A DNA stretch of 45,546 nucleotides, from positions 1 through 45,546 of the forward strand of contig JAYVGZ010000122.1 of assembly GCA_043771805.1 (NCBI GenBank), read 5' to 3'. The notes below the pieces were generated by a model. That model did no database searches, was not told the origin of the DNA, and saw nothing but the letters and a program-made list of their open reading frames with translations. Position numbers and translations under genes: made by a program. Origin of the DNA: Pseudomonadota bacterium. Lineage in GTDB: Bacteria > Bdellovibrionota_C > UBA2361 > OMII01. Numbering within the stretch: position 1 is the first letter of the stretch; every line of letters starts with the position of its first letter. Below, piece after piece: positions 17,914-25,830 of this stretch.

Positions 17914-17942
17914 ATTATAAGACAGCTTCGATGGCTAGTCAT
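17914..17942 (-). promoter_or_regulatory. candidate sigma70-type promoter upstream of ATG 17880
   Basis: On the minus strand, -35 atgact (17942-17937), a 17-nt spacer, and -10 tataat (17919-17914), about 34 nt upstream of ATG 17880. Confidence 0.3.
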
Positions 17943-18274
17943 ATCGGATCGCCACGCCGTAAATAAGTGCTCTCGATGGGTATGTATGAGCACCTAACTG
18001 GCATTTCCATGCTTTGAAGTCCAGCCGCAACAAAAGCACCGAGAGTCTTTTGGGGTTTCTATCTTTCCGTGCTTCTAGAATCTCGGGTTAGGATTCGATT
18101 CAGCTTCGGGACTATAGGGCGATTTACGTAGCTTCGTTCGATATTCAATCGCTCCGAGCACTGCAACTACAGGTTTACGACAAAGGAGGTAAGCCAAATT
18201 TTGAAGCTTTATGTTAAGCTAGGTAGGGATAGTGGCTTTCAGAATCCCATTCATCCGCTCCGTAGAAAGATGAA

Positions 18275-18595
18275 TCATGCCTTAAACTGGTCGCGCCCAG
18301 CGGTAAGGTACTCCATAACCACGATTGTAGCGTCATCACTACCTTGAAGTGCATCTACCGAACTTTGTCTCACCTGTTGGCAGAGCGAGGTGAACTTATC
18401 GATGGCGTCCACTACTCCAGTGCATTCACGACGCACTTCAACTATTTGGTCCCCACCATCGAAACCGCGAAGCCTCTGGAACATCCGCGGACCGTCACTA
18501 CTATTGGCTCCTGTTCGTAACAGGGCCATTCTTATCTCGCAAATCGAACGAGCTCCCAAGTGAAGCATTAACTTTATCGCGCTGCGCTTGAGCAA
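18275..18595 (-). CDS. hypothetical protein, possibly a degenerate C-terminal remnant
   Basis: 106-aa ORF with a TTG start and no family recognised. The tail QGSDDATIVVMEY loosely resembles the terminal DDxT(l/v)vv motif of PP2C/SpoIIE phosphatases. Weak call. Confidence 0.25.
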   Translation of the reverse strand: MLKRSAIKLMLHLGARSICEIRMALLRTGANSSDGPRMFQRLRGFDGGDQIVEVRRECTGVVDAIDKFTSLCQQVRQSSVDALQGSDDATIVVMEYLTAGRDQFKA

Positions 18596-18735
18596 ATGAT
18601 TTCGAGATGTTTCAGCAGGTTACATTATATGCAGTTACCTACTTGGGTGAATTGCTCGGGGCACCGGCACCATAAGGCACCAATGCCGTACGTCCAAGGC
18701 TTTCCACTCAACCTCTCGATTGCTACCTTCCCTAC

Positions 18736-18951
18736 ATGCAAGAAACCGGAGCTGATCGGATTAGTTTATTATTCGAGATGATTGAGTTCGCTGAGCACTC
18801 TCTGCGCCAACAGCTTATCTCGGCGTATCCGGATAGTTCGGAAGGCGAGATAGAGGCTCATATAGCGAGCTGGTATGCGCCAGAGTTGCCGCAGGATCTT
18901 CTTACATGGCAAACGGTAAAGCCTGGTTTTCCGGGAACAGATGAGCGGTAA
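18736..18951 (+). CDS. small acidic protein, first gene of a two-gene TA-like pair
   Basis: 71-aa ORF. Its stop (TAA 18949-18951) overlaps the ATG (18941) of the reconstructed nucleotidyltransferase gene by 11 nt. Confidence 0.5.
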   Translation: MQETGADRISLLFEMIEFAEHSLRQQLISAYPDSSEGEIEAHIASWYAPELPQDLLTWQTVKPGFPGTDER

Positions 18952-19551
18952 GGTTCTACAAAACAACCTAATTGCTCTTTCTACCTTTCTACCTTTCTAG
19001 CTGACCAGCAGGTGAAATTCTGCCTCGTTGGGGGCTTTGCTGTCACTTTCCGCGCAGAGCCGCGATTAACACGTGACATTGATATCGCTCTCATTGCTAA
19101 CGGCGATCAGCATGTCGAAAATATTATACAATCGCTTACACAGTTAGGATGGGTTGCAGAAATACTCCTTGAGAACAAAGCGAGAGGCCTCATCAGTACA
19201 GTTCGTATGATCGATCCCAATTCCGCGCGAAAAATCTATACAGATCTTCTGTTCCATGCATGTGGTATTGAAAAAGAGGTTGTAGAGAGCGCAACCTTAG
19301 AGCTCTTGTTTCCCGATACACGAAAATTGCCAGTTGCATCAGTGCCCTCACTTATAGCCATGAAGTGCTTGTCGCACTCGCCACAACACCGAAGTAAAGA
19401 CTGGGATGACCTGCGAGGACTTGTCTCACGTTCATCCGAGACGCAGAGAGAAGAGGCAGCGAGGATGGTCCGTCTCATCGAGGAGCGAGGTTTTGCGAGA
19501 GGAGTCAATCTGGTCGCAAAGTTGGAAGACATTTTCAATGCTATGAAATGA
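18941..19551 (+). pseudogene. Pol-beta-superfamily nucleotidyltransferase (DUF2204-like) frameshifted by an 8-bp tandem duplication
   Basis: GGFAVTFRAEPRLTRDIDIAL (GG-x-A...R-x-T-x-DID) and SKDWDDL motifs. ATG 18941 reads MSGKVLQNNLIALSTFLPF* and stops at 18998-19000. Removing one ctttctac unit gives MSGKVLQNNLIALSTFLADQQVKFCLVGGFAV... continuous to 19551. Confidence 0.8.
18977..19000. repeat. tandem 8-mer x3 (ctttctac ctttctac ctttctag)
   Basis: Read directly from the sequence. The unit length is not a multiple of 3, so copy number sets the reading frame of the nucleotidyltransferase gene. Confidence 0.95.
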
Positions 19552-19647
19552 GTGGGTGCGTGGATGAGGACCATTCCTTATCCACTAGCGCTACATACAT
19601 AATTGTAAAACGTACCGAGTGCTCGACCTCGCTCGTCATAGGCGATA

Positions 19648-20544
19648 TCACTTCGAGGGTGAAGAGATCTCAACAAATCTTTCAAAAGAGATAGTTGCGC
19701 TCTCTCCCCCGATGTCCCCGAGAAACTCACCATCGATTTGCACCGCCGAAGTCGGTGAGATGCCTTCAAGGGAGAACGTCTTTCCAGAACATGTCGGTTT
19801 TGGTGTCGGTACGCACCCCACCCCCGAGAGAAGTATTTGAAGGTAATCCCTGATCGAATTCAGTTGAATACACTCGATCAGGGCATCCGAGGAACTCCCC
19901 ACCGAGTTCGAGCGACCAAGCCCCAGGTAGCTCTGTACGTTTGAAAAAACAAGCGAAAGGATTCCATCTCGAGTCGAGAGGTGCCGAGAGCCGCTCTTGA
20001 GTGTGATGGTCTGCAGTGGCCGCTTTGAAGCGGTAACCGCGATCAGGCCGTAGGCAATGCGATTAGCGAAACGGCTTCTTAATGTGGTTTTTCTGCGCCA
20101 CGCTTCGAAACGCTCAATGACTGCACCATCGAAGCCTATTGAGCAGTAGTTGCAAAACGGCACGCTAAGATTGCTACTGGTAAATCGCCAGATTGCGAGT
20201 TGACTCGTTGGCCACGAGTTGATTGTAGAAGTCAGCCTCAGTGGGTTGTAGAACTGAAGCCGGGAAGGGATACTAAGTGACCGGCTGAGGTCATTGGCGG
20301 TACCCATCGGAATAAAGCTCACTGGTCTTTGGGGAAGATCCGGATGGGTGACTACCGCGGAAATAGTCCCGTCACCCCCTACTACTACGATTTTGTCGTA
20401 TTTGTTTAGAGATTTGAGCTGGCTGGATAGGCTGGAAAAGTCTATTTCAATGACTGTACAAACTGTGGATAACCGTCTGGCTAGCTGCCCGCCTGAACCG
20501 TCGCCGGATGACATGTTTACGAGACAGCAGATGTTTTTGGCCAT
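19648..20544 (-). CDS. diacylglycerol/lipid kinase catalytic-domain protein (YegS/LCB5-like)
   Basis: The VVVGGDGTISAVV motif near the N-terminus, a C-terminal QIDGEF segment, 298 aa. Confidence 0.8.
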   Translation of the reverse strand: MAKNICCLVNMSSGDGSGGQLARRLSTVCTVIEIDFSSLSSQLKSLNKYDKIVVVGGDGTISAVVTHPDLPQRPVSFIPMGTANDLSRSLSIPSRLQFYNPLRLTSTINSWPTSQLAIWRFTSSNLSVPFCNYCSIGFDGAVIERFEAWRRKTTLRSRFANRIAYGLIAVTASKRPLQTITLKSGSRHLSTRDGILSLVFSNVQSYLGLGRSNSVGSSSDALIECIQLNSIRDYLQILLSGVGCVPTPKPTCSGKTFSLEGISPTSAVQIDGEFLGDIGGESATISFERFVEISSPSK

Positions 20545-20684
20545 AATTTTACACCTGAGAAGCGGTGTTTTATGCTCAAGGAGGAGTGTCCGTCACAACC
20601 TTGCGCGTTAGTCGCTGTGAAGATATCTGAGATTACCCTGATTTTGGTATCCGGGCCCCAAGAAAGTAATTTACCGAGCTCGCT

Positions 20685-23432
20685 ATGTTAGTTTACCTCG
20701 CCAAAAAATTGTTCGGGACGCGCAATGACCGTGTCCTTAAACTCCTTCGCCCAATGGTTCTGAGGGTTAACGACCTTGAGCGCACTTATCAGCCAATGTC
20801 AGATACCGAGCTGCAATCTCAGACAGCTCGGTTTAAGGAACGACACGCTAACGGCGAGTCTCTTGACGACCTTTTGCCAGAGGCCTTCGCAGTTACGCGC
20901 GAAGCGTCACGGCGCGTTGTGGGAATGCGCCACTTCGATGTGCAGCTGATCGGAGGCGCTGTTCTCCACAACCGCATGATAGCTGAAATGAGAACAGGCG
21001 AAGGCAAAACCCTTGTTGCGACCTTACCTTCCTACCTCAACGCGATTACCGGTCGTGGGGTGCACGTGGTAACTGTAAACGATTACCTTGCTCGCCGAGA
21101 TGCTGAGTGGATGGGGCGAATTCACTCGTTTCTCGGTCTTGAAGTTGGCTGTGTTTATCACGGCATGACCGAGGAGAGTAAGCGCGCTGCGTATCAGTCA
21201 GATATTACTTACGGACAGAACAACGAATTCGGGTTCGATTTCCTGCGCGATAATATGAAGTTCTCTGCCAGTGAAATGATGCAGCGGCAACATTATTTCG
21301 CAATTGTTGACGAAGTCGACTCGATTCTCATTGATGAAGCGCGAACTCCGCTTATCATTTCCGGCCCCGCAGAGGAGTCAACTGATAAATATTATCAGAT
21401 AAATCAAATCATCCCGCAGCTACAGAAGGGTAAGGACTATGAGATGGATCTCAAGTCGAAACAACCTTCGCTGACGGACGCGGGCACTAAGAAGGTAGAG
21501 GCTCTTCTTAACGTTGATAACCTGTACGACCCGAACAATATTGAAGTGCTCCACCACGTAGTTCAAGGGCTTCGTGCGTACACTACCTTTGAGCGTGACG
21601 TGGATTACGTTGTTCAGGGTGGCCAGGTTGTTATCGTTGACGAGTTCACCGGCCGACTCATGCCGGGCCGCCGTTGGTCGAACGGCCTTCACCAGGCCAT
21701 CGAGGCGAAAGAGGGCGTTCAAGTAGCAAGAGAGAACCAAACGCTAGCGTCAATTACCTTCCAGAATTACTTCCGAATGTATGAGAAGTTGGCGGGCATG
21801 ACCGGTACCGCTGATACCGAGGCGGGGGAGTTTAAGCAGATTTACTCCCTCGAAGTAGCACTGATTCCGACCAATCAATCGATGGTCAGAAAGGACAACG
21901 TAGACGTTGTCTACCGCACACGCCGCGAGAAATATGATGCCGTAATCAAAGACATCGAGGAGGTTCACGCGAAGGGGCAACCAGTATTGGTCGGCACCAT
22001 CAGTATCGATCAGAGTGAAAATCTCGCGCGGATGCTGCAAGAGAAGGGCATTAAGCACAACGTGTTGAATGCAAAACAACATGAGCGCGAGGCGGAGATC
22101 ATTGCGCAGGCGGGTCGTTTCGCGGCTGTGACTATCTCTACGAACATGGCGGGTCGAGGCACAGATATCTTACTTGGAGGTAATCCCGAATTCCTAGCGG
22201 TGACTGAAACGGGCATTAAGGATCCTGACGATCCTGTGCACAAGGAAGCGTTAGAGCGCCACAAGGTCGTATGCAAGGAAGAGCATCAACGCGTAGTCGA
22301 TGCAGGTGGACTGTTTGTAATCGGTACTGAGCGCCACGAATCACGTCGAATCGATAACCAGCTTCGCGGTCGTGCCGGTAGACAGGGCGATCCAGGCGAG
22401 TCTCGCTTCTACATTTCGCTGGAAGATGATCTGATGGTCCGTTTCCAAGGCGAGAGATTGCAACAGCTCATGACGCGCATGGGGTGGGAAGAGGGGATGG
22501 CGCTCGACAACTCACTTATGAGCCATACGATTGAGACGGCTCAGAAGCGCGTCGAGGCAATGCATTTTGAGAGCCGAAAGAACGTCACCGAGTATGACGA
22601 CGTGATGAACAAGCAGCGTCAAGTAATTTACAACTTACGCTACCGAATCCTGAAGGCAGAAGGAATTCGCGAGCAGACACTGGATACGATTGATGATCTC
22701 CTTGAGGGATCCGTTACCGTTGTTTGCGACGAACGCAGCAAACCCATGGATTGGGATCTTTCCAAGTTAAAGGAGCGGTTCGTCTTCCTTACTGGCCGGG
22801 AGCTTGAGTTCCCATCTGACTTACCGTTAGATCGCCAATCCATCTTTGACGCCATGCGTGAGCAGGCTCGAGCAATCTACACAAAGCATGCTGAAGAACA
22901 GGGCGCAAAGCTCACCGGATTGAGCGAAATCGGTGTTTCCCCGCAACTTAACCGAGGACTTATCTCCCAAGATGCTGCAATTGGTTTCGAGATTATCGAG
23001 CAAGATACGATGCTTGAAGCTGTCGATTATTTCTGGCGGCACCACTTGCAAGAGATGGATCACCTCCGAGAAGGAATTGGACTTCGTAGTTACGGTCAGA
23101 AAAATCCGCTCTACGAATATCAGCGTGAAGGATTCATCATGTTCCAGCAAATGTTGGAAGAGATGAAAGAGACGGTGACGCGTAAGCTTTACTACCACGA
23201 CGTCCCATCCGTCGAGGATGTCGTAGCGCATCTCGAAGAGGAGCGCGCGCGCAGAGATGCGCTTGATAAACAGATTCAATTAGGGCGCGGCTCTGAAGAC
23301 GCAGAACCTGAAGCTCCAATGGCAGCGCCAGAAAACGCAGAAGAGAACGGCACCCCCCTTCGAGATCCAGAGGAAGAGCGCGCACGCCTTGAGGCCCAAC
23401 GTAAAGCGCGGCGAAAAGCCGCGAAGAAGTGA
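20685..23432 (+). CDS. secA: preprotein translocase ATPase SecA
   Basis: N-terminus LAKKLFGTRNDRVLK, FAIVDEVDSILIDEARTPLIISG, TNMAGRGTDI, 915 aa. The Lys/Arg-rich C-terminus has no Cys/His zinc-binding tail. Confidence 0.97.
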   Translation: MLVYLAKKLFGTRNDRVLKLLRPMVLRVNDLERTYQPMSDTELQSQTARFKERHANGESLDDLLPEAFAVTREASRRVVGMRHFDVQLIGGAVLHNRMIAEMRTGEGKTLVATLPSYLNAITGRGVHVVTVNDYLARRDAEWMGRIHSFLGLEVGCVYHGMTEESKRAAYQSDITYGQNNEFGFDFLRDNMKFSASEMMQRQHYFAIVDEVDSILIDEARTPLIISGPAEESTDKYYQINQIIPQLQKGKDYEMDLKSKQPSLTDAGTKKVEALLNVDNLYDPNNIEVLHHVVQGLRAYTTFERDVDYVVQGGQVVIVDEFTGRLMPGRRWSNGLHQAIEAKEGVQVARENQTLASITFQNYFRMYEKLAGMTGTADTEAGEFKQIYSLEVALIPTNQSMVRKDNVDVVYRTRREKYDAVIKDIEEVHAKGQPVLVGTISIDQSENLARMLQEKGIKHNVLNAKQHEREAEIIAQAGRFAAVTISTNMAGRGTDILLGGNPEFLAVTETGIKDPDDPVHKEALERHKVVCKEEHQRVVDAGGLFVIGTERHESRRIDNQLRGRAGRQGDPGESRFYISLEDDLMVRFQGERLQQLMTRMGWEEGMALDNSLMSHTIETAQKRVEAMHFESRKNVTEYDDVMNKQRQVIYNLRYRILKAEGIREQTLDTIDDLLEGSVTVVCDERSKPMDWDLSKLKERFVFLTGRELEFPSDLPLDRQSIFDAMREQARAIYTKHAEEQGAKLTGLSEIGVSPQLNRGLISQDAAIGFEIIEQDTMLEAVDYFWRHHLQEMDHLREGIGLRSYGQKNPLYEYQREGFIMFQQMLEEMKETVTRKLYYHDVPSVEDVVAHLEEERARRDALDKQIQLGRGSEDAEPEAPMAAPENAEENGTPLRDPEEERARLEAQRKARRKAAKK

Positions 23433-24607
23433 ATTCAAGCCCATTTGGGCTCTATGTTCATATACCTTTTTGCGCGCAGAAGTGTCCGTATTGTGATTTC
23501 AATACTTATGCTGTTGCGCGTGCCCCGGAAGATGAATACGCGGCGGCGGTCCTACAAGAGCTCTGTAGGTATGCAAAGCACGAGGGCTTTAAGGATCGGC
23601 TAGTCGGAACCATTTTTTTCGGTGGCGGAACTCCTTCTCTGCTCTCCGGCAGCGCGATTGCAAGAATTGTTGACGGTGCACGAAAGACTTTTGGCCTTAC
23701 GGAGGGGTGCGAGGTCACCATCGAGGCGAACCCTGCCTCGGCTATGGAGACACGTTACCGTGAGTACAGAGATGCAGGCGTGAACCGCATCAGTTTAGGT
23801 GCTCAGTCATTCTCTCCAAGAAACTTAGAGCTATTGGGCCGCGATCATACTCGCGGTCAGATCATCGGTGCGGTGGAATCAGCTGTAAAAGTTGGTATTT
23901 CCAACGTAAGCCTCGACATTATCTTTGGTCTTCCGAATCAATCCGTCACCGATGTGTTGAATGACCTGACAGAGGCAGTGGCACTTCCTATTCAGCACAT
24001 CTCGACTTACTCGCTCACGATTGAAAAGGGCACTCCGTTTTTTCAGCGACAGGAGCGGGGTCTCTTCACTCTTCCGGTTGATGACGTCGTTGTGGAAATG
24101 TTGGCGCGAATCCCGAGATTTCTTGGTGAACACGGCTTTGCGCGGTACGAGATCAGTAACTACGCTCGAAATGGGCAGGTGAGTGAGCATAATCTTGCTT
24201 GCTGGAATGGTTGTGACTACCTCGGTTTGGGTGCCGGCGCGCACAGTTTTGTAGCGAACAGTGCGGCACCAGACCGGAGTGAGGGTCTCAGGTGGAGTAA
24301 CTGTGCACTGCCAGCTGATTACATGAAGCGAGTACAGAGTGGCTCAGCCGCATCTTGGCAAGAGCGGCTCGATAAGAAGGCGCTAAAATTTGAATTCTTT
24401 TTTCTGGGGCTTCGAAAGATTAACGGGGTTGACCTAGGGAAGTTCGATCAGATTTTTGGGGTAGGAAGTGTCGACGAATACCGTGAGGTTATTTCTGAAC
24501 TAGAGCGTGAAGGATTTTTGAAGCACTCAGAGAATTCGGTGTGTCTGACCTCGCGCGGAATCACTCTTGCCGATTCGGTGACGGAGAGGTTTTTGGGGGC
24601 GACGTAG
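23429..24607 (+). CDS. hemW: radical SAM heme chaperone HemW (HemN-like)
   Basis: CAQKCPYCDF (CxxxCxxC) near the N-terminus and FFGGGTPS. 392 aa, ATGA-type overlap with the secA stop. Confidence 0.9.
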   Translation: MNSSPFGLYVHIPFCAQKCPYCDFNTYAVARAPEDEYAAAVLQELCRYAKHEGFKDRLVGTIFFGGGTPSLLSGSAIARIVDGARKTFGLTEGCEVTIEANPASAMETRYREYRDAGVNRISLGAQSFSPRNLELLGRDHTRGQIIGAVESAVKVGISNVSLDIIFGLPNQSVTDVLNDLTEAVALPIQHISTYSLTIEKGTPFFQRQERGLFTLPVDDVVVEMLARIPRFLGEHGFARYEISNYARNGQVSEHNLACWNGCDYLGLGAGAHSFVANSAAPDRSEGLRWSNCALPADYMKRVQSGSAASWQERLDKKALKFEFFFLGLRKINGVDLGKFDQIFGVGSVDEYREVISELEREGFLKHSENSVCLTSRGITLADSVTERFLGAT

Positions 24608-24673
24608 ATTCATATAGTTCGACTAGGGAAGCTGACATACGCTCTTGCGAAATAGCCTCGGATGTCAGGTGAC

Positions 24674-25738
24674 TCACCGATCGCCCCATTTCAAAAAAGA
24701 GATCGCCCGCGCCTCGCTCCACCTCTCCGGTGACCGTAACCGCTGCAAAAAACCTACATGCCCACCATGACGCGGAGTCTCTAAGAACAGAGACGCATTC
24801 TCTTCGGCCTCTTCACGCGGAAAACACTCCGAACCTAGGAAGGGATCATCCAATGCATTCACCAGCAAAGTCGGAACACGAATCTTCGTCAAAAACTGCC
24901 GCGAACTCTGACTAGTCCAGTAGTGTTGAATCGAATCAAAACCGTGCAGAGGAGCGGTAAATCTACGATCAAATTCGTGGAACGTATTTATTTTATCTAG
25001 TCCGGTTAGATCGACGATACCCGGAAAGCGCACCGCTTTCTCTCGCATGCGCGCACGCAGTGGCGCCAAGAGATACCGCATATAGAGACGGTTACGAAAT
25101 CGAGCGAGTTCATCAGACGCAGAGGTAAGGTCTACCGGTACAGAGAGGGCGAATGCGGATCGTATCTCAGAGGGAGCGTTTTCCCCGGCCTCGCCCAAAA
25201 ATTTAAGGGTAATGTTTCCGCCGACACTGAATCCAACGAGAGAAATTTGAAGATTGTGAGGAGGCAGAGTCTGGTCGCTTGGTTGGGAATGATCCGCCGG
25301 TAGTGCCGGCCAAGGGCGTTGAATAACCCTTTCAATCACAGCGCGCAGGTCTTGCGACTGCCCGCTATGGTACCAACTCAGTAGTCGATTGGGCCGTACG
25401 CCGCACCCCCGCATGTTCCAAGTCAAAACAGTAAGTCCCGCAGAGAGAAGCGACCGCGTGACACCGGTTACGTAGTTACTCGAAACTGAGCCCTCAAGAC
25501 CGTGGGTCACTATGACCAGTCGGCTCAAATCATGACCGGGGTGCCAATACAGCTCTACGAAGTCCCCGTCGGGGAGTTCCAGTACCTCCTCAACCGAGTT
25601 AGGGAGCGCAGGTTGCTTTAGGGTCAAGGGGAGTACCGACTGCAGATCGCCCGAAGTAAGGGGCCAAGGCGGACGGTAGAGGGAATCGATTATTGGCATG
25701 CCGGTGTGGTCTATAGAGACTGTTGCACGAGGTGTCAC
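24674..25738 (-). CDS. alpha/beta hydrolase, YheT-like
   Basis: HGLEGS oxyanion-region motif, nucleophile elbow GFSVGGN, 354 aa. Confidence 0.75.
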   Translation of the reverse strand: MTPRATVSIDHTGMPIIDSLYRPPWPLTSGDLQSVLPLTLKQPALPNSVEEVLELPDGDFVELYWHPGHDLSRLVIVTHGLEGSVSSNYVTGVTRSLLSAGLTVLTWNMRGCGVRPNRLLSWYHSGQSQDLRAVIERVIQRPWPALPADHSQPSDQTLPPHNLQISLVGFSVGGNITLKFLGEAGENAPSEIRSAFALSVPVDLTSASDELARFRNRLYMRYLLAPLRARMREKAVRFPGIVDLTGLDKINTFHEFDRRFTAPLHGFDSIQHYWTSQSSRQFLTKIRVPTLLVNALDDPFLGSECFPREEAEENASLFLETPRHGGHVGFLQRLRSPERWSEARAISFLKWGDR

Positions 25739-25830
25739 AGTTGAGTCACAGTAGCAGAGGCATCATCCTAGCAGCATTCTCATTGCATGGTAGCTCACCG
25801 TTAATTTTAGGTTATTCTCGGTAAAAATAA

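Noticed and set aside
17561-17920. Track ORF 17561..17920 (+), 119 aa.
   Set aside because: It is antisense to the MutS-like 5' region and its putative extension. Its composition is Arg/Ser/Cys/His-rich and it has no RBS. Most likely a shadow ORF.
18180-18350. A ~50-codon plus-strand ORF starting at TTG after a strong aaggagg at ~18184.
   Set aside because: The spacing from the Shine-Dalgarno sequence to the TTG is long (about 11 nt). The product is basic and low-complexity, and it overlaps the 18275..18595 minus ORF. There is no way to prefer it from sequence alone.
20819-23385. Multiple 60-150-aa ORFs antisense or out of frame inside secA (for example 22827..23279, 21750..22082). Similar nested ORFs occur inside ccmF, the DUF2298 genes, the lipoprotein gene and the glycosyltransferase genes.
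   Set aside because: They are fully embedded in long ORFs with strong family signatures and have skewed, low-complexity composition. They are treated as shadow ORFs and not reported as features.
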